DNA of 64,000 nucleotides from Candidatus Pacearchaeota archaeon (GTDB lineage: Archaea > Nanobdellota > Nanobdellia > Pacearchaeales > GW2011-AR1), in contig JAGVXG010000009.1 of assembly GCA_018303885.1 (NCBI GenBank), positions 27,611 to 91,610 on the forward strand. The letters are read 5' to 3'. Made by a program: the position numbers and the translations under genes. Numbering within the stretch: the first letter of the stretch is position 1; each line of letters opens with the position of its first letter. The notes beneath the pieces are model-generated. The model was not told the DNA's origin. It did not search any database and saw only the letters and a list, made by a program, of their open reading frames with translations. Of the stretch, positions 19,382 to 28,189 are shown one piece after another.

Positions 19382-19813
19382 TCAAGGTGCAGGGGGGGTT
19401 TCGGTAGCACATGTTATCGCAGAACAGATTTCTACTCCATAATTTCTTCCGGTATATTTTCCACCAGAAGCCAATTTTTCACAAGTAGTATCTGCGTCTT
19501 TAATCTTTGGATTTGTTCCATCATTAACTTCTCTTTGAACAGTACAATAATCATACTTTGCTCCAGTTGTACACGCTGTTTCGCAAGCAGTTACTATATT
19601 TTGAACATTATTTGACTTTACAAATGGAAAAATCTTGTTCCATCCAACAGTAAATCCTAATATCAAAATAACAAGAACAACGAGCCCAAGGATAATCAAA
19701 ATAATAGCATTAACACTTAAACCTTGTCCTTTAATGTCTTTAGGTAAAAAATCACCTCTTTTCTTTTGCATATGAAATTGAGGGTTATTTTGTTTAAAAA
19801 TGTTTTTGTTCAT
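19382..19813 (-). CDS. prepilin-like protein with Cys-rich ectodomain (143 aa)
   Basis: Class III signal peptide-like KGQG|LSVNAIILIILGLVVLVILILGF. The C-terminal domain has about 7 Cys. Confidence 0.6.
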   Translation of the reverse strand: MNKNIFKQNNPQFHMQKKRGDFLPKDIKGQGLSVNAIILIILGLVVLVILILGFTVGWNKIFPFVKSNNVQNIVTACETACTTGAKYDYCTVQREVNDGTNPKIKDADTTCEKLASGGKYTGRNYGVEICSAITCATETPPAP

Positions 19814-19818
19814 AGTGT

Positions 19819-20118
19819 TTATGGGATGTTGTATCTGACTCTTATTCCTTCTTGTTCTAATAGAAGATGTTTTCCGAGCCCATCTGATGGCTTAACCTCG
19901 AAGATTTCATTTATTTCCTCTTCGCTAAACTCAAGGCTTTCCTTGTAAAAAGATATTTTCTCCCCTATGACTGCTGCTTTTTCAACCAGTTCAATATCAA
20001 AGCCCTTCTTTGCATCTCTGTCTGAGATATAGAAACTCACAATTGCCAAAATACATATTGCAACAACCCCCATTACTAGAATCGTTACAGGAATGTCTCC
20101 GCGTTTGTTTTTTGTCAT
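19819..20118 (-). CDS. prepilin-like protein (99 aa)
   Basis: MTKNKRG|DIPVTILVMGVVAICILAIVSF. Tightly packed in the operon. Confidence 0.6.
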   Translation of the reverse strand: MTKNKRGDIPVTILVMGVVAICILAIVSFYISDRDAKKGFDIELVEKAAVIGEKISFYKESLEFSEEEINEIFEVKPSDGLGKHLLLEQEGIRVRYNIP

Positions 20119-20119
20119 G

Positions 20120-20680
20120 TTATTTACCGATTAAATTTAGTTCTAAATTTCTTTTGTCATCTAACATAATCTTTTCATCAGCAAAAGGTACTGTATGGTA
20201 ACCTAATTCGGTATTTCTATCTCCGGCGACTCTTTTGCCAAAATAGTTATTTTCAATAGAGTTAAATATACAAAATTGTGGCTCTGGGGCACATGGCTTT
20301 CCATTAGCATTTTCTTCCGTGTTTATAACAAATCCTAACCATATATTGTTGGGATTATTTAAGTAATCTTTTTGAAAAAGTCCTCGGAAAACCTTCAGGG
20401 CAAGGTTTCCATTGAAATAATTAAGATTTTCTTCTTCCTTAAGCTGTTGATAAACTAACTTTCCGCTAGCATCTTTAGTTACTGTATAAGAAAAAAGGGA
20501 TTTTGATGCTAAGGTATCTACTGATTTAAAATAATTAGATTTCAAATCTTTTTCGTTGTGAAAAAAGGCAGACGCCGCAAAAATCGAAACAGCAAGAACA
20601 ACAACTATAACAACAGTTGCAACTAGCCAGGTTATCGTATCACCCGTTTGCGCTTTTTTATTTTTAACAAGTTCCCGCAT
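20120..20680 (-). CDS. prepilin-like protein (186 aa)
   Basis: KKAQTG|DTITWLVATVVIVVVLAVSIFA N-terminus. 1-nt gap to the downstream gene. Confidence 0.6.
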   Translation of the reverse strand: MRELVKNKKAQTGDTITWLVATVVIVVVLAVSIFAASAFFHNEKDLKSNYFKSVDTLASKSLFSYTVTKDASGKLVYQQLKEEENLNYFNGNLALKVFRGLFQKDYLNNPNNIWLGFVINTEENANGKPCAPEPQFCIFNSIENNYFGKRVAGDRNTELGYHTVPFADEKIMLDDKRNLELNLIGK

Positions 20681-21182
20681 TTTTTTCTGTCTTTCTTACA
20701 ATAGAAAGTATATTTACTTGATATTGTGTATTTTTTCTATCAATAACATAAAGGCTTCTTTTTAGACAGAAAGGGAGGCTTTCTCCTTTATCTGCACAAA
20801 AAATTTTTAAATTGGAATTTCCTGCGGATATTTCAGGAATTTTTTTTCCATTGGGAGGATTAAAATCAAGAATTTCTATTTCAACATAATACTGTCCCTG
20901 TTCCTTCCAGCCGCAAGCATCTTCAACTTCAAAATTCAAGTTACATTGTTCAAGAAGGTTTTCATTAAAGCCTTCTATTAAAACTTCTTCTCGTAAATAT
21001 CCTGTTTGAGAAACACAATCTGCAACTCTGTTTGTCAAAGCATTTGCCTCCAATTCTCGTATGTCATATGGCTTTCCATAAAAAGAAAAAACCATGTAAA
21101 CAATTGCAGCAGCCACTATGAAAAGTATCACAAACCAATACACCGAAATTATCTTATCTCCGCCGGTTTTATTCATTGTCAT
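20664..21182 (-). CDS. prepilin-like protein (172 aa)
   Basis: MTMNKTGG|DKIISVYWFVILFIVAAAIVYMVF. Cys-containing ectodomain. Overlaps the next gene by 17 nt. Confidence 0.55.
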   Translation of the reverse strand: MTMNKTGGDKIISVYWFVILFIVAAAIVYMVFSFYGKPYDIRELEANALTNRVADCVSQTGYLREEVLIEGFNENLLEQCNLNFEVEDACGWKEQGQYYVEIEILDFNPPNGKKIPEISAGNSNLKIFCADKGESLPFCLKRSLYVIDRKNTQYQVNILSIVRKTEKNAGTC

Positions 21183-21183
21183 T

Positions 21184-21585
21184 TTATTCTATGAAAAAAT
21201 AAAATTCTTTTTTGTTTTCAGTAAGCTTGGGGGTTGCCTTAACTCCATTAAAAAAACTGTACGAATACCCTCCTTTTTCCCTAAGTTTAACTGTAACAAC
21301 ATTATTCTCAATAGTTACAATTTCACCAACAGGCCAGTTTTCTTTTTCTGCTTTGCTGATGGCATTTTCCATATTAAGATAAATCGTCATTCCTGGTTTC
21401 GCAGAATCTATAACAAGAGCTATTTGTTTTGCATATCTTTCCTCAAGAACAGCAGCGCTTCCCATTTTTAAAAATAAAAATAAAACCAAGGTTGATAAGA
21501 ACACAAGATTAAGAATAATAAAAATAAGGTTTTCCATCAAAATGGTCCCTTTTTTTCCTATATTTTTTGGCTTGGTTAGTTTCAT
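21184..21585 (-). CDS. prepilin-like protein (133 aa)
   Basis: NIGKKG|TILMENLIFIILNLVFLSTLVLFLFL. Confidence 0.55.
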   Translation of the reverse strand: MKLTKPKNIGKKGTILMENLIFIILNLVFLSTLVLFLFLKMGSAAVLEERYAKQIALVIDSAKPGMTIYLNMENAISKAEKENWPVGEIVTIENNVVTVKLREKGGYSYSFFNGVKATPKLTENKKEFYFFIE

Positions 21586-21586
21586 T

Positions 21587-22357
21587 TTATGCCTTTGTTA
21601 TGAACTCTCCTTCATCAAGACGAGAAGAAGTTTCAGAGGTTGGGATTATGTAAACCTTAAAAATAATATCTGAATCAATGGGATTATCATCTATTCCTGT
21701 AATAATAGAGTATTTTTCATTTGTCATAATCTTATCGTTATTAACATTTATTTTAAACTGGGAGTTTACTATCACAAAATTTACATCATTAACCCCATAC
21801 AAATAATTAAGATAACTCTGAGAACTTTGCTTTTGGGTTTTTCTTAGATAATCATAAAATTCGGCGTATGTTATTTCTGGGTATTTTTTCTGGATTTTTT
21901 CATCAAATTCAACCACAGAGCAAATAGCATATTTTATAGTTGAACTTCCAATTTCTCCGTAATTTACTTTTCCCTCGCCAAACATATACCAGCAATCAGC
22001 CATTTCTTTTGCAACGGCTTCTATAATTTCATTTTCACTGTCTTTATTGTTTAGATTTACTTCTACCTTAGATGCAGAAGCCAAGTTTTCACAATCATCT
22101 CCTCCAGAAATACAAAGGTAGTTTGTCCTGCAGTCTAGAGGCCCTCCTGATGTCGCTCTTAAAACAAGATTTCCTCTTAACACAACAGAATTATGGCAGA
22201 TTTCTTTGTTTGACTGCTCTCCGGGATTCAATCTAAAAATAAGGAAGAGTATAATGATAAAACTTACAATAAGCACTATGATTGTTACAAGTTGAGTCGT
22301 TGTTAATTCCCCTTTTTTATTTTCCATTATTTTTACCATGTTTCTACATAACTCCAA
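21587..22357 (-). CDS. prepilin-like protein (about 246-256 aa)
   Basis: MENKKG|ELTTTQLVTIIVLIVSFIIILFLIF. The probable true start is Met11 at 22327. Cys-containing ectodomain. Confidence 0.55.
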   Translation of the reverse strand: MELCRNMVKIMENKKGELTTTQLVTIIVLIVSFIIILFLIFRLNPGEQSNKEICHNSVVLRGNLVLRATSGGPLDCRTNYLCISGGDDCENLASASKVEVNLNNKDSENEIIEAVAKEMADCWYMFGEGKVNYGEIGSSTIKYAICSVVEFDEKIQKKYPEITYAEFYDYLRKTQKQSSQSYLNYLYGVNDVNFVIVNSQFKINVNNDKIMTNEKYSIITGIDDNPIDSDIIFKVYIIPTSETSSRLDEGEFITKA

Positions 22358-22454
22358 GTTTTTTTAAAAGCAAGTAAATTCCTGCTAAAGCTAACCCAAA
22401 AATCACTGCCCAAGTTAAATATTTTATTAATACTTCTATGTTTTCATTTTCCAT
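22347..22454 (-). CDS. possible 35-aa single-TM peptide
   Basis: My translation: MENENIEVLIKYLTWAVIFGLALAGIYLLLKKLGVM. It starts 9 nt after the upstream gene's stop. Too short for certainty. Confidence 0.3.
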
Positions 22455-22463
22455 GTTTATTTT

Positions 22464-22985
22464 TTATGCTTTTGAAATCATTTTATTTTGATAATCTATT
22501 TTAAGATTCAAAGGCGGTTCTATTGGTATTGGCTGTTGCTGAATGCCGTCTTTTCTGACAGTAAGTTGTTTTGAATTTTCCATGCAAATTCCATTATCAT
22601 CTGAATTTTCCAAAAACTTTTCTCTTACATTTCCCGTAAATGGTAAAGTTGACCATAACTGGCTTCCTAAACTAACATCTTTTACTATACAAACGCAACC
22701 ATCCCACCCAAGATTAGAGCAAGACCTTGGAAGTTTTCCTTCATTTTGATAAGGCCAAGATAAGATAACCCATCCTTTAGGATTGTAAATATCAACACTA
22801 GTTTTTTCAGCATTTATCTCCTGTTCAAGAAAATTCAGGGATTCTTTCGCTAGTTCAAGGTCTTTCGAGTCCTTTCCAGCTTTGTAAAGTGAAAAAAGAA
22901 GAAAAACCAAAAATCCTATAGCAATAACAGCAAGTATCACCTTCAACGTTTCTTCGGCAAGTAAAAAACCTCTTTTTGATTTCAT
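22464..22985 (-). CDS. prepilin-like protein with bacterial-style G|FxLxE N-terminus (173 aa)
   Basis: MKSKRG|FLLAEETLKVILAVIAIGFLVFLLF. Phe at +1 and Glu at +5, as in bacterial type IV pilins. Confidence 0.65.
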   Translation of the reverse strand: MKSKRGFLLAEETLKVILAVIAIGFLVFLLFSLYKAGKDSKDLELAKESLNFLEQEINAEKTSVDIYNPKGWVILSWPYQNEGKLPRSCSNLGWDGCVCIVKDVSLGSQLWSTLPFTGNVREKFLENSDDNGICMENSKQLTVRKDGIQQQPIPIEPPLNLKIDYQNKMISKA

Positions 22986-22987
22986 TT

Positions 22988-23161
22988 TTATTTTAATAAG
23001 CTTAAAATCAACTCAGGCGCGTCTTTTGGTTTATCAGGAACAAGATTATTAAAAAAGTCTATTAAATCTTCTTTAAAGAAAAAATAAATGCCAAGGACAA
23101 CGACAACAAACACGAGAACTCCGATGATTATTTTAATCAGGTTTTCTATTGTTAGTTCCAT
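22988..23161 (-). CDS. possible 57-aa single-TM protein in the pilus operon
   Basis: My translation: MELTIENLIKIIIGVLVFVVVVLGIYFFFKEDLIDFFNNLVPDKPKDAPELILSLLK. Its stop lies 2 nt before the next ATG. Confidence 0.4.
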   Translation of the reverse strand: MELTIENLIKIIIGVLVFVVVVLGIYFFFKEDLIDFFNNLVPDKPKDAPELILSLLK

Positions 23162-23194
23162 TTTATTTTAGTTCAGTATACCTTTTCCTCTGTT

Positions 23195-23347
23195 TCATCT
23201 AAACAAGTCTTTTATTTTGTCTATTAAAATTACTCCTTTCCCTTGTAAAATAAAAACCGTAATCATTAAAATCACAAGAACCGCAACCGCTATCAAAATC
23301 CATGGAAGATACTCAGAAATAATACCCCTTACGTCTCTTTTCTTCAT
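23195..23347 (-). CDS. possible 50-aa prepilin-like peptide
   Basis: My translation: MKKRDVRG|IISEYLPWILIAVAVLVILMITVFILQGKGVILIDKIKDLFR. Confidence 0.45.
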   Translation of the reverse strand: MKKRDVRGIISEYLPWILIAVAVLVILMITVFILQGKGVILIDKIKDLFR

Positions 23348-23386
23348 AAGTAAGAAAAAATAAAACAAATTAATAAACTTAACTCT

Positions 23387-25564
23387 TCAAGCCAGATTTC
23401 CAAGCACAATACTTGTTAAAATAAACAATGCCAATGTAGCTGCTAAAGAAGTTATAAAGTAAAGCATTATACTTTTTGTAAGGTTTTTCCCTGTTTTATT
23501 TGTTCTTTCAAGCTTATCTTCTCCAGAGTCTATTGCAACTAAAGCGCGTGTTAAAATGAAGACTATCTGTACAAGATAAATGCCAATTATAATCTGAAGG
23601 AAGTAAGGAGGAATCATCTTAGCAACCTCGAATATATCCGAGATTGTTCCAATATTTCCGAAGCCGGCAGCAGCCTCGCCTTGTAGCTCTGGTAAATCAA
23701 GTTTAGTTAAAATAGCAGTTATCATCGCTGCCAAACCAACAACAACGCCTGAAAGCAGCGGCGCTAAGAACGACATATTTGATTTCATGTCAGAAACAAC
23801 TTCTGCAAGCATGTCTCTCAACCTAGAATTTATCTTGTGAATATTTCTCACATATTCAGAAATGCTCATCATGCTTATGGCCGCAACTTGAAGTCCTTTT
23901 TTTGCCGACTCAACAAGAATCCTCATGCTCGTGGCAATCAAATCAGATGGATAATAAATTATGGCGCCTTTTCTGGAATCGAAAATAGCTTTTTCAACGC
24001 TCATTCCCATTTGCCTTATATTGTAATTAACTCTCATGAAAAAATCTTCTGACATCAATCCTTTAGACGACTCTGCGATTTTGCCAAAGGCTATTTCTGG
24101 AGGGACTTCATTGCCAATTCTGTTTCCCAACTGAAACAGCGAATTATTAAATTCCATTTCAAGCTGTCTTGTTCTTTCTCTTTCGACAATCAGCTCTTTT
24201 GTTCGTTCTCTAAAGGATATAGAAAAAAACAGGGCAATTCCAAGAGGAATAAACATGCTCAATATCAAAGCCCCAATTCCAAATGGCCCTGAAACGCCAG
24301 AAGCATCAGAAGTAAAACCAAAGAATTTTTCATCTCCAAAAAACCCAAATCCTAGTTGGGAAAAGGTGTAGTCTTTCTGTAAGCCGATTAATTCTGGAAA
24401 AGACGTATACTGAAAAATAAACGGCAAAAGTCCGAGTATGAAAAAAGGCAAAGTGATTAAAAACGCATTAATGTAAGGCGCTTTACTTTTGTATTTATAA
24501 TAAAGAGGGTTTTTTTCCAGCAAAGATGTTTCTCCATAACCCCCTGGCCTTAAAAAAATTATCTTATCTGTTAAATAAAAGACAAAAAACGGAATTACCA
24601 AATTAAAGAAAATAAAAACATGAACCCATGTTAACAAACCTCCTAACATTGCTGTTGCCAAAGGAAGTAATGCAAGCCCAAGTGTTGGTAATACAACTCC
24701 CAACATGTAAACATTAGTCAACGGACTTTTAACATCATGCGTAAATTTCAACATCTTGTCATAAACCCCATCAAGAACTACTTTCAATGATTTTTCCAAA
24801 GTCAGAATGCGCCTTGAGTTGTCTGGCTCATACAAGCTGCTTTCTATAAGATGGAAGGCTTCTATAAACTCAATAGAATAATCTCTCCATGCCTCTAAAT
24901 AATTATCGAGGCTTTCTTTAATCGTTGAAAACTTTCCTATTTGAACATTGTAAAAAACCTTCTTGAAATCCAATGCCAAAGGATAACTCAAATGTTCTGA
25001 GGCAAACGCGACTGCCCTTTCCAAATTTGACGTATGCCGCATGTAAACAACGATATACAAAATAGCAGGAACCATTTGGCTGGATGCTTTCAGCCGCCAT
25101 TTATTCGCAAGCCTCGCCGGATAATCTTTCATAAAATAAAAAATGAATAAAGAAAGAATAATACAAAGAAAGAAAAATAAAAATGGAAACGAACTTAGGC
25201 TCCCGTTAATTAAAACAACTGCCAAAGAAATAAGCAACCCAATGAAAAAAATACTGAGAAACGATACAACGCTTAGAGTCAGGGGCTGCCATGGTTCTAA
25301 ATCTAAGTGCGCAATATCGAGATGCTTCTTAATTTTTGCCTCATCAGCTGCAGAGACTTTCAGTCTTATGAGATTTCCTAAACTTTTGCACCATCGTTCA
25401 TATCTTGAAATTTCCGGCGCCATCTCTTCTTTAAATTTAATGTAAGATTGGCTATAATCAACTTTAATATTGCCTCTAACGTTAAACGTAGCCATGCGAG
25501 CTTCTATCTTGCTTCCATATTCATTAAGAATATCATCAACCTGTTTTTTTGGCGGTGCTGGCAT
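23387..25564 (-). CDS. polytopic membrane platform protein (FlaJ/TadC/PilC-like, 725 aa)
   Basis: Many TM helices arranged in two clusters separated by cytoplasmic helical domains. It lies immediately downstream of the secretion ATPase, which is the usual position of the platform gene in archaeal type IV pilus loci. The family assignment rests on context. Confidence 0.55.
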   Translation of the reverse strand: MPAPPKKQVDDILNEYGSKIEARMATFNVRGNIKVDYSQSYIKFKEEMAPEISRYERWCKSLGNLIRLKVSAADEAKIKKHLDIAHLDLEPWQPLTLSVVSFLSIFFIGLLISLAVVLINGSLSSFPFLFFFLCIILSLFIFYFMKDYPARLANKWRLKASSQMVPAILYIVVYMRHTSNLERAVAFASEHLSYPLALDFKKVFYNVQIGKFSTIKESLDNYLEAWRDYSIEFIEAFHLIESSLYEPDNSRRILTLEKSLKVVLDGVYDKMLKFTHDVKSPLTNVYMLGVVLPTLGLALLPLATAMLGGLLTWVHVFIFFNLVIPFFVFYLTDKIIFLRPGGYGETSLLEKNPLYYKYKSKAPYINAFLITLPFFILGLLPFIFQYTSFPELIGLQKDYTFSQLGFGFFGDEKFFGFTSDASGVSGPFGIGALILSMFIPLGIALFFSISFRERTKELIVERERTRQLEMEFNNSLFQLGNRIGNEVPPEIAFGKIAESSKGLMSEDFFMRVNYNIRQMGMSVEKAIFDSRKGAIIYYPSDLIATSMRILVESAKKGLQVAAISMMSISEYVRNIHKINSRLRDMLAEVVSDMKSNMSFLAPLLSGVVVGLAAMITAILTKLDLPELQGEAAAGFGNIGTISDIFEVAKMIPPYFLQIIIGIYLVQIVFILTRALVAIDSGEDKLERTNKTGKNLTKSIMLYFITSLAATLALFILTSIVLGNLA

Positions 25565-25754
25565 TTACTATTTCTCTCTCTTTTTATATGATGAAAAGAA
25601 TGAAAAACAATTAATAAATCTTGGGATAATTGCAATTGTTGTAAAAATAAGTTTCTAATAAGTGATTAAATTTAATTATAAATCGGGGTTTTACTTTAAC
25701 CTAATGTGTTAATTTTTTCTTATATTAAAATAAAAGTAAATATTTATTTAAATC

Positions 25755-28100
25755 TTACATCTTCCTCTCTTTAATCTCATCATTCAACCACTTCAGCCAA
25801 AGAGGAAAGACTTTTTCGCTCAATGGCAAACCAGCTTCTTGGCGGACTTCATCTGAAATTCTATGAAATGCATGATTGGATTTCGAGCTAAATTCAGCCT
25901 CGAGAATCTTGTAATTGCCCAGTCTTTTTGCAGTATTCACGAGCTCTTCTTTTATCTTTGCTCTTAAAAGAATATTATCCCAGACAGCGTCCCAGTTTCC
26001 AGCCCAGCCCTTCACATTGGAAGCAACATCTTTGATTACTTCTGAGTCTCCGTTAATTAAGTCTTCTGTGGGCTCCAGCTCGTCAGTTTCAACATTATAC
26101 TTAAATAAATCCACGAAGCCTTTCTCTTCTAAAGGATCTTCTTTCCAATGCTTTCTTACCTCGGAAATTTGGACAACTCTTTTCCATGAATGCAGTCCAT
26201 CAGGACTTTTTATTGGATTAGCCACAATAATTATATCTGTTGCCTTGAAGCTCGTTGCAGGAACTTTGAGATCATTTACAACCCTGTCAAAAACTCCATA
26301 AGGCGAAGCGCCATGAATTGTTCCTGCAACAACATTTGCTAACGCGCCAACACGCATTGCTTCATAAAGCGCTTGCGCCTCAACGCTCCTGACTTCTCCA
26401 ATAATCAAACTCGAGTCTCCCAAACGCAAACTTGTTCTTATTCCGTCGTCGGCAGAAACTTCTGTAGATTTTAAAAGCGCACTGCGCACTTTCATTCTTA
26501 AAATATCATACTTTAATTTTCTTAAAGATTCTACGGGTAACTCGGCTGTGTCTTCTATCACTATAATCCTGTACTTAGGAATTATTTCAAGCATTAGACT
26601 TCCCAAAAGGCTCGTCTTTCCAGAGCTTCTTGTTCCCGCTACGAGCAATGTTCGAGAACCGTCAATCAAAAAACTTAAAACTCCTGCTGCAAGGGGATTT
26701 ATCATCTTATTCTCGACGAACAAAGGCAAAGTCCACGGTTCTTCTCTATGTCTTCTTATAGCATAAGATATTCCATCAGGGCTCAAAGGACGCTGAACAA
26801 TGGCGATTCTTGCCCTGACTCGGCCAAGCTTGGACGAGTCTCCCATTTCAAGTTGTGTATCGAGTATTGGATTTGCTTCGTCAAGAGGCCTTCCTGAAAT
26901 CAATCTGAATTTCGCTGCCCATGAATCAACATCTTCCTGGCTAGGAATTATATTTGTTAAACATTCATCATAAGTTTCATGGCGCACAAAAATAGGAATC
27001 ATTGAAACCGGCGCATTCAATGAAATGTCCTGAAGTCTCTTGTCCTGCAAGAGAACTTCTATTAGCCCAAAGCCAATAGTATGCCTTACGAGAATCGTGG
27101 CAAGCTTATTCAAGTCCTGATAAGAAATATTTACTCCTTTACTCTGCGCAAGATCCTGCAATAGGTCTTTTGAAATATTAAAAAAAACCTGTCTCGTCCT
27201 TTCTGTGTCTGTAAACTCTTCTGCTTTGGGCTGATGCTCTATCAGAACACTCCGCGCAAGATTTAGAAGCATGCCTTGATCTTCATCAAGAATATTTTCA
27301 GGAGGAACAATATGATAAATAAATTTTGGCTCGTCTTTCTTCTTTAGAATTGTCACAAGTGAAACATCGTATTCTTCGCTGGATATTTCATATTGGTCTG
27401 TAATTTCTGCATCCTCTGGCAAATCAGAAATAAGCCTCGTAAAGGTGAAATTAGGGATAACATCTGACCTAAATAGTTTTTCATACACTTCTCTGCTGCC
27501 TTTTCTATAATCTTTCATGTAAGGCGCTGCTTCTCTAAGGAGGCTAGTCTTTTCCATGAGCATCAAGGTCTTTTCAAGCAAGTTTATGTATCCAGACTGG
27601 TCTGTTTTATAAGAAACGGGCATTTTTTCAAGGGCTATTCTTCCTTGTATGATGATTTTTTTTAATTCAAAATGCGCAGCCAAAGGATCTCTTTTAAGAA
27701 AAGAAAGAAAAGAAAAAACTTCATTGTATCTTCCTGGGAAGAACCCATCATGCCCCATAGTTAATTTGTCTCTTGAGAGAATCCTTTCTTGTTGAACAAG
27801 ATAGACATAAAGCTGGGCGATCTCTAAAAGAAAATTTGTTTCCCTGAAATCATAGTTATAATTTTTTTGCTGAACAAAAATAATCCTGGAAACATTAGGA
27901 TTTTCAGTCAGGGCATCGATTGTTTTTTCCATAACATCTGGTGATTCAGAAAGACTCGGGACAAACGGAGCCCCAAGATAATTTATGTAAAGAATGTCTT
28001 CACCGCCTTCACGCTTAACTTCGTAAGAATACAACGGCTTCGTTCCTGGCGTTTCCATCGGCTCTTTTCCCATCAATTCTTTTTCTTCTGCTAACACCAT
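25755..28100 (-). CDS. type II/IV secretion-family ATPase (FlaI/PilB/VirB11-like) with long N-terminal extension (781 aa)
   Basis: Walker A LLVAGTRSSGKTSLLGSL. Asp-box/Walker B RIIVIEDTAELP and LIIGEVRSVEAQALYEAMRVG. His-box GTIHGASPYGVFDRV. About 430 aa precede the ATPase core. Confidence 0.85.
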   Translation of the reverse strand: MVLAEEKELMGKEPMETPGTKPLYSYEVKREGGEDILYINYLGAPFVPSLSESPDVMEKTIDALTENPNVSRIIFVQQKNYNYDFRETNFLLEIAQLYVYLVQQERILSRDKLTMGHDGFFPGRYNEVFSFLSFLKRDPLAAHFELKKIIIQGRIALEKMPVSYKTDQSGYINLLEKTLMLMEKTSLLREAAPYMKDYRKGSREVYEKLFRSDVIPNFTFTRLISDLPEDAEITDQYEISSEEYDVSLVTILKKKDEPKFIYHIVPPENILDEDQGMLLNLARSVLIEHQPKAEEFTDTERTRQVFFNISKDLLQDLAQSKGVNISYQDLNKLATILVRHTIGFGLIEVLLQDKRLQDISLNAPVSMIPIFVRHETYDECLTNIIPSQEDVDSWAAKFRLISGRPLDEANPILDTQLEMGDSSKLGRVRARIAIVQRPLSPDGISYAIRRHREEPWTLPLFVENKMINPLAAGVLSFLIDGSRTLLVAGTRSSGKTSLLGSLMLEIIPKYRIIVIEDTAELPVESLRKLKYDILRMKVRSALLKSTEVSADDGIRTSLRLGDSSLIIGEVRSVEAQALYEAMRVGALANVVAGTIHGASPYGVFDRVVNDLKVPATSFKATDIIIVANPIKSPDGLHSWKRVVQISEVRKHWKEDPLEEKGFVDLFKYNVETDELEPTEDLINGDSEVIKDVASNVKGWAGNWDAVWDNILLRAKIKEELVNTAKRLGNYKILEAEFSSKSNHAFHRISDEVRQEAGLPLSEKVFPLWLKWLNDEIKERKM

Positions 28101-28189
28101 ATAACTAAATAAAAAATCAGGTTAAAATATTTTGTGTTTGTGAGTTATTTTGAAATAGAAATCCACGTTTGAATAATTACGCTCTCTTA

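Noticed and set aside
19219-19410. 63-aa minus-strand ORF between the antitoxin gene and the first pilin-like gene
   Set aside because: It overlaps the 3' end of the 19382-19813 gene. It has no signal peptide, TM segment or motif, and sits in a likely terminator or promoter gap.
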